Assembly (NCBI GenBank): GCA_043754515.1
Contig: JAYUUO010000051.1
Span: 1-53,487 of the forward strand
DNA: 53,487 bases
Direction: 5' to 3'
Source: Armatimonadota bacterium
GTDB taxonomy: Bacteria > Armatimonadota > Armatimonadia > Armatimonadales > Armatimonadaceae
Part shown: positions 19,661-29,175 of the stretch, piece by piece
Numbering within the stretch: position 1 is the stretch's first letter
How the letters are laid out: the number at the start of each line of letters is the position of its first letter
Program-made: the position numbers and the translations under genes
The notes under the pieces: generated by a model
What the model was told of the DNA's origin: nothing
Seen by the model: the letters and a program-made list of their open reading frames with translations, nothing else
Database searches by the model: none

Positions 19661-20627
19661 TCATTCCGTCGCCAATAGCTCGTCCCATGTTTCGACCTCT
19701 AACAACCGGTCCGCCATCCGCTCCAAACGGTCGAGCGACTCCTCCGCGTCCAGCGTGATTTCCACGGATAACGAGGGCCTGCCGAACCGCTTGTCGCCGA
19801 TGCGGCGGACCATCCGCCGCGCCTCGTCGACCTGTGCCGTCGCCGCGCCCATGGCGATTCCCCTAGCCTCGCCCAGGGCGATTCCTTGCGCCGTACCGGT
19901 GGCAATCCCTTGTGTCTTCCCTTTTGCCAGCCTGCCTACGAAACCTTCCTCCACAATCGCCTGATATGCCACTAATCCTCGCATTTGCATCACACCCTGT
20001 GGCAGTTTCTGGTTCATCGCTTTGTCGTAGCGTAAGCCCATCAACACATACGTCGCCGTCCACAACTCCCTCGCGTCCTCGGGAGTCAGTAGTTGCCCGG
20101 CCTCGGCCGCTCGCACTCATCCGGGCCCAAACATCCGGCACGTCGTCCCGCGACACCCGCGCGATAGGCGCGAGCGGCAGGAGCGACAAACCCGCCGTCA
20201 GGAACTCCTCCGCCGGAATCTGCCAGACCCACATCACCTCATACGAGAAGCGCAGGTACTCTGTTTCTCCGGGGCGCGACAGCGTGAACGTCCCGGTCAG
20301 GCGTGGGCTGTCCGCTTCGCTCGACAGCAGAACGGCGACGGAGCGCACGGGTAACTCAAGGGTGTCGTTGATCAAAACGTTGTGGCGCAGTAGCCGCGCT
20401 GCCAGACGGGTACCAGTGTGTCCCGACTCGAACTCGATATGGATCGTCTGCGGGTTGTCGCCGCCGCCGCGGAGCACGCCGTCCGCCGCAGCGCTGACCG
20501 TAGACAAGTCAGCATCCACCCGCTCCACCGGCGTGTCGGATGGCAACCCGAGAAACGCGAGCTAGTCCGCCGGGCGGGTTCCGACCAACACCCGCGTCGT
20601 GGCATTGTAAGGGGTGTTGGAAGGCAT
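19661..20627 (-). pseudogene. Rpn/YhgA-like (PD-(D/E)XK, DUF4351-type C-terminus) pseudogene
   Basis: MPSNTPYNATTRVLVGTRPAD*LAFLG (TAG 20562-20564), DADLSTV..AD, HIEFES, LLPLAP; frameshift near 20115; G-x3 repeats and a TWDELL end. Confidence 0.75.
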
Positions 20628-20764
20628 ACGTCATTATATCGCTCGCGGACTTTCCGCGTGTGGCGGGCTTTCCGCATGTGGCCCATCAGGCGTCACCCGA
20701 GGGATCTATTTAATCGCTCCCCTTTCGATTCTCGTGGAACTTCCCCCGAGCGTTTGCGGTTTTC

Positions 20765-20800
20765 TTTACCAGAACGTAAAAACATTTACCGATGAGTAAG
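20765..20800. promoter_or_regulatory. Tandem TTTAC-N6-GTAA palindromes, probable TetR operators
   Basis: tttaccagaacgtaaa (20765) and tttaccgatgagtaag (20785); the second overlaps the TetR ATG. Confidence 0.55.
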
Positions 20801-21433
20801 AATCCCCATCAGCCATGCTTCCCCACCGTCGCTTCCCTGCGCGAGCGTCAGCATGTCACCCGCGAGGATGCCATCCTGACCGTCGCGCTAATGATGATGG
20901 ACGAGATCGGCTACGGCACTATGACGATGGACGATCTGGCGGCGCGGGCGGGGATCTCGAAACCGACGCTCTACACCTACTTCGCCTCGAAGGAGGCCAT
21001 CGCGGTTCGCGCCGTGGTTCGCATGATGGAGCGCGGACGTGCTTTCGTGGACGCGCAACCGCCCACCACCCCCGCGTTCGAGCGGATCGAGGCGACGGTT
21101 GATTACCTGTGCGACGGGAAGTTCGTTCACCGCATGGCGTATCTGGGCACTGGGCATGACGCGCTCGGCCCGACCATACGGGCGCACCCCGAGTACCGCT
21201 CCGAGTACGGGAAACTCGCGGCACGAATCACCGCCCTGTTTGAGGAGGCGCGTGACGAAGGAACATTAAAACCGGGATTGGCTACCCGCGTCGCGGTACA
21301 GGCACTGTTCAGTCTGTTGCGCGACGCCGAATATACCGACCTGATCGCGCGGGGCGAGTGCGACGCGCGAGCCGTGGCGTATACGCTGAGGACAATTTTT
21401 CTGGACGGTTTGCGGACAAAGGATCGAAAGTGA
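20792..21433 (+). CDS. TetR/AcrR family regulator
   Basis: HTH TMDDLAARAGISKPTLYTYFASKE. Confidence 0.93.
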   Translation: MSKNPHQPCFPTVASLRERQHVTREDAILTVALMMMDEIGYGTMTMDDLAARAGISKPTLYTYFASKEAIAVRAVVRMMERGRAFVDAQPPTTPAFERIEATVDYLCDGKFVHRMAYLGTGHDALGPTIRAHPEYRSEYGKLAARITALFEEARDEGTLKPGLATRVAVQALFSLLRDAEYTDLIARGECDARAVAYTLRTIFLDGLRTKDRK

Positions 21434-23013
21434 AGCGAGCAGTATTAGCGATAGTAGCGGTGGTGACCGCGCTCTCGGCACCAGCGGCTTACGCGCGGCA
21501 GGGGCAGGCACCGACCGCGCCGGGGCAGGCACCGACCGCGCCGAACGCGCCCAACCCGAACACGACGCCGCAAGGCGGTGCCCCCGGCACGAACCCGTCG
21601 AACCCGGCGCAGTCTCCCGCGCCCAACCCGAACGCGCAGGCTATTTCCGGCGCGAACGGCGGCGGGGCGGACCCGTCCCCCGACTTCGACGTGAACCGCG
21701 CGATCCGCTCGTCTCTGGGAAGCAGCACCGCGCTATCTAACGCCCGCCGCTCCTTGCTGAGTGACAGGGCGCGCGAAGGGATCGCCGCGTCCGCCAGGCG
21801 GTTTAACGCGACCGCGAGCGCATCGGCGACGCGCTACGACGCGGCGACGCTGATCCGCACCTCGCCCGAGGCACCGCCCTTCATTGCTCTACGGGATCAT
21901 GCCGAGCAAGTCACAATAGCGGTATCGCAACGGCTAGATTTCACCGGGCAGATACGGGCTGCCACATCGCAGGCGCGTCTGCAAACGCTCGCGGATCAGT
22001 TCACCGTTGACCGGCTCTCGCAGGACCGCGTGTTGCTGGCGCGTACGACGTTCTACAACTACCTCCGCGCCACACACCAGGTGCAGGTAAACGCGTCCGC
22101 GCTGAGGGCCGCGCAAAGCCAGCGCGACATCGCGCAAAAACTGTACGAGGGCGGGATCGGGCAGAAGATTGACTTCCTCAGAGCCTCGACCAATGTCGCG
22201 TCCGCCGAGCAGGACGTCACCCGCGCCCAGAACAACGCCGACATCGCCCGCGCGACATTCAACGACCTCGTCGGCCGCCCGCTGACGGCACCCGTGAACG
22301 CCAAAGACGTCGAGGGCGCGACCGTGGGCGAGGGCACCGACGCGCCGACGGGGGCTACGGGAACGCCGGGTGTGGTCGGGACGGTGGGGGCGGATCTGCC
22401 CGCGCCGTACACAGTGCCCGCCGCCGACATCGACATCAACCCGGAGTCCGCGACTCAGATAGCGCAGGCACGCCGCCCCGACATTTTGCAGAACGCCTTG
22501 CTTGTCCGCGTCGCCGAGACCGGGGTCAAACTCGCCCGATCCGGTCTGGAGCCGGGTTTCACGGTTTCGGCGGCGGGTAACTACTTTCCGACGACCTCCT
22601 TCCAAACCCCGCGCCAGCGCGTGGCAGGAATCACGGCGTCTCTGGTGATCCCGCTCTACGACGGCGGGGCGACACGTGACCGGATCACGGAAGCGCGTAG
22701 TCAAGTGGAGACCGCGCGGGCGAATCTGGGATCGTCCAAATCCGACGCCGCCCTCGGCGTCCGCCAGGCGTACTTGAACCTACAAACGGCGGCGAAGCAG
22801 ATCAATTCCGCTAACGCAACCCTGTCGCAGGCGGGCGCGGCGCGCCAACTCGCGCAGATCCGTTACGCAGGGCAGGTAGGTCTATTTTTGGAAGTAACCG
22901 ATGCCCAGGCCGCTCTGGTACGGGCACAGAACGCGCAGGTGGACGCGGTGTACGATTATCTGGTCGCCCGCGCCCGCTTCGAGAACGCCACCGGGGAGCC
23001 GGTACAACCGTAG
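21430..23013 (+). CDS. TolC family outer membrane efflux protein
   Basis: Signal peptide, Pro-rich N-terminus, IPLYDGG, YEGG/YAGQVG...LEVTDAQ repeats; GTGA overlap with tetR. Confidence 0.88.
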   Translation: MKRAVLAIVAVVTALSAPAAYARQGQAPTAPGQAPTAPNAPNPNTTPQGGAPGTNPSNPAQSPAPNPNAQAISGANGGGADPSPDFDVNRAIRSSLGSSTALSNARRSLLSDRAREGIAASARRFNATASASATRYDAATLIRTSPEAPPFIALRDHAEQVTIAVSQRLDFTGQIRAATSQARLQTLADQFTVDRLSQDRVLLARTTFYNYLRATHQVQVNASALRAAQSQRDIAQKLYEGGIGQKIDFLRASTNVASAEQDVTRAQNNADIARATFNDLVGRPLTAPVNAKDVEGATVGEGTDAPTGATGTPGVVGTVGADLPAPYTVPAADIDINPESATQIAQARRPDILQNALLVRVAETGVKLARSGLEPGFTVSAAGNYFPTTSFQTPRQRVAGITASLVIPLYDGGATRDRITEARSQVETARANLGSSKSDAALGVRQAYLNLQTAAKQINSANATLSQAGAARQLAQIRYAGQVGLFLEVTDAQAALVRAQNAQVDAVYDYLVARARFENATGEPVQP

Positions 23014-23032
23014 GGACACGAGGAACACGAAC

Positions 23033-24778
23033 ATGGCAACCGCAACCGCAGAACTCAAAAACAAAAATACCGCCGACGAAGTGGCTCCGACGACCGGCGC
23101 GCCTACCCCGACACCCGGCGCGGCGACTCCTTCCGGCCCGCCCCAATCCACGCCGTCAGCGGGCGATACGCCGGGCAAACGCAACCCGCTCCCGATACTA
23201 CTCGCCGCCGCCATCGTGATCGGCGGCGGTGCCTACGGCGTCTCGTACTGGTCGTGGTCGCGGACGCACATATCGTCGGATGACGCCTACCTCACCGGCA
23301 ACATCGTGAACATTTCGCCGCGCGTCGCAGGCACGCTCGATTCGATAACCGTGGCTGAAGGTGACCACGTGAAGGCGGGGCAGTTGCTCGCGCACCTGGA
23401 GGACAGCAACCAGCAGGCCGCGCTCCGGCAGTCACAAGCCGCCTATGACTCCGCCGCGACGCAGATCCCGCAGGCGAAGTCGAACCTGGAGTTTCAGAAG
23501 ATCTCGACCGAAGCCGCCATCGCGCGCGCCCAGTCCGCGGTCCAGGCGCAGAAGGCGCGGACGCAGGGCGCGGGGGCGCAGGTGAACCTGTCGGAGGCGA
23601 CCTCCCGCTCGCAGGTGGCGCAGGCACGCAGTCAGATCGCGCAGGCGCGGGCGCAGGCGGCCCAAATTACGGCCAACATTCGCACGGCGCAGGCGCAGAT
23701 AGCGGCGAACCGACAGGCTGTGCAGACCGCCGCGTCCGGCGTCGCCGCGCTTGTGGCTCGCGTCTCGTCGGCTAAGGCGGACGTTTACCGGGCCGTCGCC
23801 GACGAAACCCGCTACGCAAAACTGCTCGCGCAGGAGGCCGTCACGCAGGCGCAGTACGACGCCGTACATGCGCAAGCGGAAGCCGCCCGCTCCGCGCTAG
23901 TCGCGCTCAACCAGCAGATCGCGCAGGCGAGGTCGCAAGAGGCGGGGGCACGGGTCGGCGTTAGTCAAGCGCAAGCCGCGCTGATCGCGACGCAACGGGC
24001 GGCGGACGCGGCGCGGGCGCAGGTGGCGGTTGTGGAGGCGGGCCTCGGACTCGCCCAGGCGGGTGGCTTGCAGGTGGGCGTGCAACAAAGCAACCTGAAC
24101 GCTACCGACGTGCAAAGCGGTCAAACACAAGCCGACCTGCAAACGGCACGCGCCGGTAACTCGCAGATCGCGCTCCGTAAACAGCAAATCCTTTCCGCGC
24201 AAGCTGACCTGAACCGCGCGCTCGCCGCCCTGAAAACGGCGCAGGTCAACTTGCGAGACACGAACATCTACGCGCCCGCGGACGGCACGGTCGTGCGCAA
24301 GGGCGTGAACGCTGGCACCAGCATCTCGGCGGGGCAGACGATCCTGTCCATGACCGAGGGCGACAAGCTGTGGATAACCGCGAACATGAAAGAAACGCAG
24401 CTGGCGAGCGTCCGCGTCGGTCAGAACGTCGAGGTGGATGTGGACGCGCTACCGGACAAAAAGTTCAAGGGCGTAATCGCGACGGTGAACGCGGCGACGG
24501 GGAGCAGCGTTTCGCTCCTGCCGCCCGATAACGCGACCGGCAACTTCACCAAAGTGGTGCAACGCATCCCCGTCAAGATCGCGCTAGTGCCGAGTTCGGA
24601 CGGCGGAAAGTGGGCCACGGCGGACGACTTCAAGCGGCTCCGGCAAGGCATGAGCACGACGGTGGTCGTGGATACGGCGGAGAAACAGGCGCATCCCGAG
24701 CGGGTTCCGGTGAACTTCGACCGTCTTCCGGGGAACGGTGAGCCGACGAAGAAGGTTGCGGTAGCCCGGAGAAGATAA
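23033..24778 (+). CDS. HlyD/EmrA family membrane fusion protein
   Basis: TM anchor, SDDAYL, long coiled coil, LLPPDNATGNFTKVVQRIPVKI. Confidence 0.92.
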   Translation: MATATAELKNKNTADEVAPTTGAPTPTPGAATPSGPPQSTPSAGDTPGKRNPLPILLAAAIVIGGGAYGVSYWSWSRTHISSDDAYLTGNIVNISPRVAGTLDSITVAEGDHVKAGQLLAHLEDSNQQAALRQSQAAYDSAATQIPQAKSNLEFQKISTEAAIARAQSAVQAQKARTQGAGAQVNLSEATSRSQVAQARSQIAQARAQAAQITANIRTAQAQIAANRQAVQTAASGVAALVARVSSAKADVYRAVADETRYAKLLAQEAVTQAQYDAVHAQAEAARSALVALNQQIAQARSQEAGARVGVSQAQAALIATQRAADAARAQVAVVEAGLGLAQAGGLQVGVQQSNLNATDVQSGQTQADLQTARAGNSQIALRKQQILSAQADLNRALAALKTAQVNLRDTNIYAPADGTVVRKGVNAGTSISAGQTILSMTEGDKLWITANMKETQLASVRVGQNVEVDVDALPDKKFKGVIATVNAATGSSVSLLPPDNATGNFTKVVQRIPVKIALVPSSDGGKWATADDFKRLRQGMSTTVVVDTAEKQAHPERVPVNFDRLPGNGEPTKKVAVARRR

Positions 24779-24784
24779 CAAACC

Positions 24785-26446
24785 ATGACAGTAGCAACCA
24801 CAAGATCAAACCAACTTGCCCCACCTGTCGCGCCCGCGCCCGACGCGCCAAGCGCGGCGGACATTGTGATGGCGAATGTGGCGAAGTACCGCTGGTTCAT
24901 CCTCGCGGGGCTGTGGGCGGCGGCGGTGATGGAGGTGTTGGACACCACCATTATCAACGTCGCACTGCCACAGATGGCGGGCAACCTCGGCGCGACGACT
25001 ACGGAGATCGCCTGGATCTCGACCGGGTACATCCTTGCGAACGTCGTTATCCTGCCGATGACCGCGTTTCTGGCGGAGCGGTTCGGGCGTAAGAACTACC
25101 TGATGTTCAGCATCGCGCTGTTCGTCGCGGCGTCGTTCTTCTGCGGCGTTTCCAAAAGTCTGGGCGAGATCGTGTTCTGGCGCATCCTGCAGGGCGCGGG
25201 CGGCGCGGCCCTGCTCTCGACCGCGCAGGGGACACTCCGACAGATCTTCCCGGCGGCGCAACAGGGGATCGTGCAAGCCATCTTCCTGCTCGGCATCATC
25301 ATCGCGCCGACGCTAGGGCCGACACTCGGCGGCTGGATTACGGATAACTATACGTGGGGTTGGTGCTTCTTCGTCAACATTCCGGTCGGTCTGCTCTCGC
25401 TGTTCCTGGTCGGGTCCTTCCTTGCGGACGTGCCGCGCAAGCCGGACGCGGCACCGCCGAAAGCCGACTGGCTCGGCATCGGTCTGCTCGCGGCGGGACT
25501 CGGCTCGCTCCAATATGTCTTAGAGGAGGGCAACAAGGACGACTGGTTTGAAAGCGTGACCATCGTTCGTTTATCGGTGCTCTCGGGCGTCGCGCTGGCG
25601 GTGCTGATCTGGTGGCAACTCTCGCCGCGCAACCTGTCGCCGGTGGTCAATTTCCGCGTTCTCAAAAACAAGCAGTTCGCCGCGTCGCTCGTGATGTTCC
25701 TCACCCTGGGATTCGGTTTGTATGGTGGCATCTACCTGTTCCCGCTGTTCACCCAGACCGTGATCCACTTCACGCCGACCCAGACCGGCCTCGCGCTTCT
25801 GCCCGGCGGTCTGTGTACGGGCGTAGTCGTGATGATCTGTGGCGCGCTCCTGAACGGTAAGGCGAAGATTGACCCGCGAATACTCATATTCACGGGCGTC
25901 GCGATCTTCCCGATCTCGATGTGGATGCTCTCGCACCTGACGACGCAGACCGGCGAGGGGGATGTCCGGCTTGCACTGATCATCCGTGGCATCGGGCTTG
26001 GGTTCCTGTTTACGCCGCTGAACCTGGTCGCGTTCAGCAGTCTGAAGGGGCCGGAGGTCCAGCAGGGCGCGGGCTTGATTAACCTGACCCGGCAAATGGG
26101 CGGCTCGTTCGGGATCGCGCTCCTCGGTACCTACGTCACCAACATGACGACGTACCACCGGCAAAGTTTGTCCCAATACGTCTACGCGGGGAATCCCCTG
26201 GTTCTAGAACGGCAACAACAGTACATATCATTGCTACTCACGAAAGGATACACGTTCGCGCAGGCACAGGCGGCGTCCATCGGGCTACTGAATCGGAACG
26301 TGACGGAGCAGGCGATGACAATGGCCTACAATAACTCGTTTACATTCATCATGCTCGTTTTCCTCGCCGCGTCGCCGGCGGTCTTTCTACTCAAGGCGGC
26401 GAAGCCGGGCGCGGCGGCGGCGGGGCCGCCCGCGGACGCGCACTGA
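24785..26446 (+). CDS. DHA2 family MFS efflux permease (EmrB-like)
   Basis: MEVLDTTIINVALP, APTLGPTLGGWITDNYTW, a DHA2-like series of TM helices. Confidence 0.93.
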   Translation: MTVATTRSNQLAPPVAPAPDAPSAADIVMANVAKYRWFILAGLWAAAVMEVLDTTIINVALPQMAGNLGATTTEIAWISTGYILANVVILPMTAFLAERFGRKNYLMFSIALFVAASFFCGVSKSLGEIVFWRILQGAGGAALLSTAQGTLRQIFPAAQQGIVQAIFLLGIIIAPTLGPTLGGWITDNYTWGWCFFVNIPVGLLSLFLVGSFLADVPRKPDAAPPKADWLGIGLLAAGLGSLQYVLEEGNKDDWFESVTIVRLSVLSGVALAVLIWWQLSPRNLSPVVNFRVLKNKQFAASLVMFLTLGFGLYGGIYLFPLFTQTVIHFTPTQTGLALLPGGLCTGVVVMICGALLNGKAKIDPRILIFTGVAIFPISMWMLSHLTTQTGEGDVRLALIIRGIGLGFLFTPLNLVAFSSLKGPEVQQGAGLINLTRQMGGSFGIALLGTYVTNMTTYHRQSLSQYVYAGNPLVLERQQQYISLLLTKGYTFAQAQAASIGLLNRNVTEQAMTMAYNNSFTFIMLVFLAASPAVFLLKAAKPGAAAAGPPADAH

Positions 26447-26541
26447 GGGGAGGCGCCCTCCTCCCCGGCCCCGGCCCCGGCGGAGCGGGGACTGTGGTCA
26501 CTCAGAGGACGCCGGGGGGCACCCGAGGAGGTTCCCCGCTC

Positions 26542-27978
26542 TCACAACGCCAGCACAAGTAGCCGTAGCGCGGTCATCTCCTCCATCGCATAGCGCACCC
26601 CTTCGCGCCCCGTGCCGGAGTCGCGCTCGCCCCCGTAGGGCATAGAGTCAACGCGGTATTGCGGCACGTCGTTCGCGATCAGCGCACCGACTTCGAGTTC
26701 GTTCCACGCGCCGAAGATCCGCCCGACATGGCTCGTAAACAGGCCGGTCTGCAAGCCGTACCGCCCTTCGTTTGCGAGCGTAAGGGCTTCCTCGAACGTG
26801 TCGAACGGCTCGACGCAGACCAGCGGGGCGAACGCCTCGGTGCTTCGTACACGCATCTCGGGGCGGGTGCCGGTCAGGATAGTAGGAGATAGGTGGGCGA
26901 ACCCGGAAGATTCTCCCCGCGATAGAATGGTCGCGCCCCCGGCTTCCGCCTCGGCGATCATGGCGAGCGCGTTTTCCCGCGCGGTCGGCGTGATCAGGGG
27001 GCCGAGGTCGGTCGCGTCGTCCGCCGGGTCGCCGACGCGTAGCGCGGACGCGCCCGTTATCAGAGCGTCGCGGAACGCCGCGAAGACGCTCCGCTCGACG
27101 AAAACGCGTTGCACCGAGATACAGACCTGGCCCGCGTTCGCGAACGACCCCGAGACCACCCGCCCGGCGGTGTGCGCGACGTCCGTGTCGGCGCAGACGA
27201 TCACCGCCGCGTTCCCGCCTAGTTCCAGCGTCACGCGCTTCTTGTTCGCCAGCGATTTCAGGTGCCACCCGACGCGATCCGAGCCGGTGAACGAGAACAC
27301 CGGAACGCGCGGGTCGGTCGCCAGCAGTTCCGCGACGGCTTTCGGCTCGTTCGGCGTCAGCACCGAGAACGCGCCCGCCGGGTAGCCGCTTCCCGCTACA
27401 AGCTCTGCCAGCCGGAGCGCGGTCAATGGCGTTCGCTCCGACGGCTTGACGATCACCGGGTTGCCAACCGCGAGCGCGGGCGCGACTTTGTGCAGGAGCA
27501 GATTGAGTGGGAAATTGAACGGCGTCAACGCGGCGACCGTGCCGACCGGGAAACGGCGCGTAAGTCCGACACGGTTTGTGCTGGCCGCGTTGATGTCGAG
27601 CGGCAATACGTCGCCGCCGAACCGACGCGCCTCCTCCGCCGCGAGCGAGAGCACCAGCAGTCCCCGTTCCACCTCGACGCGGGCGTCACGGATCGTCCTC
27701 CCCCCTTCGGCGACGATGCCCCGCGCGAACTCGTCGGCCCGCCCCCGGAGTCCCGCCTCGACGCGGCGCAAGATCTCGTACCGCTCAAAGGCGGGTAGCA
27801 GCCGCGTCCACGCGAACGCGTCGTGGGCGCGAGCGATGGCGGTTTCGGCGTCGGCGAGGCTACCGACCGTGACGCGGGCTATCGTCTCGCCGTCGTGCGG
27901 CGAGATGACGGATCGCGTTGCGCCGGTGCCGTCGCCCCATTCGCCGCCTAGATATTGCTTGTAGAACGGAGTTTCCAT
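26542..27978 (-). CDS. Aldehyde dehydrogenase family protein
   Basis: TPFNFP, KPSERTP, FTGS, LELGGNA, AGQVCIS, EAFAP. Confidence 0.93.
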   Translation of the reverse strand: METPFYKQYLGGEWGDGTGATRSVISPHDGETIARVTVGSLADAETAIARAHDAFAWTRLLPAFERYEILRRVEAGLRGRADEFARGIVAEGGRTIRDARVEVERGLLVLSLAAEEARRFGGDVLPLDINAASTNRVGLTRRFPVGTVAALTPFNFPLNLLLHKVAPALAVGNPVIVKPSERTPLTALRLAELVAGSGYPAGAFSVLTPNEPKAVAELLATDPRVPVFSFTGSDRVGWHLKSLANKKRVTLELGGNAAVIVCADTDVAHTAGRVVSGSFANAGQVCISVQRVFVERSVFAAFRDALITGASALRVGDPADDATDLGPLITPTARENALAMIAEAEAGGATILSRGESSGFAHLSPTILTGTRPEMRVRSTEAFAPLVCVEPFDTFEEALTLANEGRYGLQTGLFTSHVGRIFGAWNELEVGALIANDVPQYRVDSMPYGGERDSGTGREGVRYAMEEMTALRLLVLAL

Positions 27979-28056
27979 GGCGTTATTGTACCGGGGGCGG
28001 TTGACTCGCGCGTTTGCCACGCCCCCCCAACCGGCGTACACTACGCAGACCACCGC

Positions 28057-29175
28057 ATGAAACGAATCGTCCTCAAAGTCGGCACCTCTACCCTCACTCA
28101 CGCCGCGCACGGCGGGCCGGACCGCGTCTACATCAACGCGCTGGCGGCGCAGATCGCGGCGCAGATCGCGGGGGGGCGTGAGATTATTCTGGTGACATCG
28201 GGGGCGATACGGGCGGGCGTCGCGCGGCTGGGGCTTCCCGAACGCCCGCGCACCCTGCCGGAAAAACAGGCGGCGGCGAGCGTTGGGCAGGGCGTGCTCA
28301 TGGCACTATACGCCGACGTTTTCGCCAACTATGATCTGGCGGTCGGGCAGATCCTGCTCACGCGCGACGATCTGCGGACGCGCTCGCGTTACCTCAATGC
28401 CCGGAACACCTTCGAGGCACTGCTCCGCATGGGCGCGGTACCGGTTGTGAATGAGAACGACACCGTGGCGGTTGACGAGATCAAGGTCGGCGACAACGAC
28501 ACGCTAGCCGCTCTGGTCGCCTCGCTGACCGACGCCGACGCGCTGATCATTCTGTCCGATATATCCGGGCTGTATGACCGGAACCCGGCGTTGCATCCCG
28601 AGGCGCGGCTGGTCGAGCGCGTGGAAAAACTGGACGCGGCGACGCTCGCGATGGCGGGCGACGCGGGAACGCCGGGCGGGACGGGCGGCATGCGCACGAA
28701 GCTCGCGGCGGCGCGGATCGCCACGGCATCAGGTGTCGCTATGTGGATCGCGAACGGGCGGCGGGCGAACGTGGTCGCCGACTGTCTCGATCAGGTCGCG
28801 GGGGCGGGGACGTTCTTCGCGCCGACCGCGAAACGACCGTCCGCGAAGAAACGCTGGCTCGCTTGGGGCGGCGAGCCGAAGGGCACCCTGTTCGTGAATA
28901 CCTGCGCCCGCCGCGCCCTGGAGGACGAGGGGCGGTCGCTCCTGCCGGTCGGCGTGACCGGCGTTGCGGGAACATTCGACGGCGGCGACACGGTTCACCT
29001 GGTCGAGGATGTTTCGGGCGAGGAGTTCGGGCGCGGCGTGGTACGCTATGACGGAGTGACCTGCGCGCGGCTAGCCGGAATGGCGACGGATAACACCGTT
29101 TTCACAACGGGCGGCGCGGCTCCCACACGGGACGAACTGATCCACCGCGACGAAATGGCGTTATACGGCAAATAG
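28057..29175 (+). CDS. proB: Glutamate 5-kinase with PUA domain
   Basis: RIVLKVGTS, VTSGA, KQAAASVGQ, VNENDTV, GDNDTL, GTGGMRTK. Confidence 0.96.
   Translation: MKRIVLKVGTSTLTHAAHGGPDRVYINALAAQIAAQIAGGREIILVTSGAIRAGVARLGLPERPRTLPEKQAAASVGQGVLMALYADVFANYDLAVGQILLTRDDLRTRSRYLNARNTFEALLRMGAVPVVNENDTVAVDEIKVGDNDTLAALVASLTDADALIILSDISGLYDRNPALHPEARLVERVEKLDAATLAMAGDAGTPGGTGGMRTKLAAARIATASGVAMWIANGRRANVVADCLDQVAGAGTFFAPTAKRPSAKKRWLAWGGEPKGTLFVNTCARRALEDEGRSLLPVGVTGVAGTFDGGDTVHLVEDVSGEEFGRGVVRYDGVTCARLAGMATDNTVFTTGGAAPTRDELIHRDEMALYGK

Noticed and set aside
5481..20564. In-frame TAG stops (5481, 20562) as stop-codon reassignment
   Set aside because: Many intact genes here end in TAG, and both cases come with frameshifts.
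21501..21542. 21-bp tandem repeat
   Set aside because: Coding duplication (GQAPTAP x2) in the TolC linker; not a CRISPR or regulatory array.
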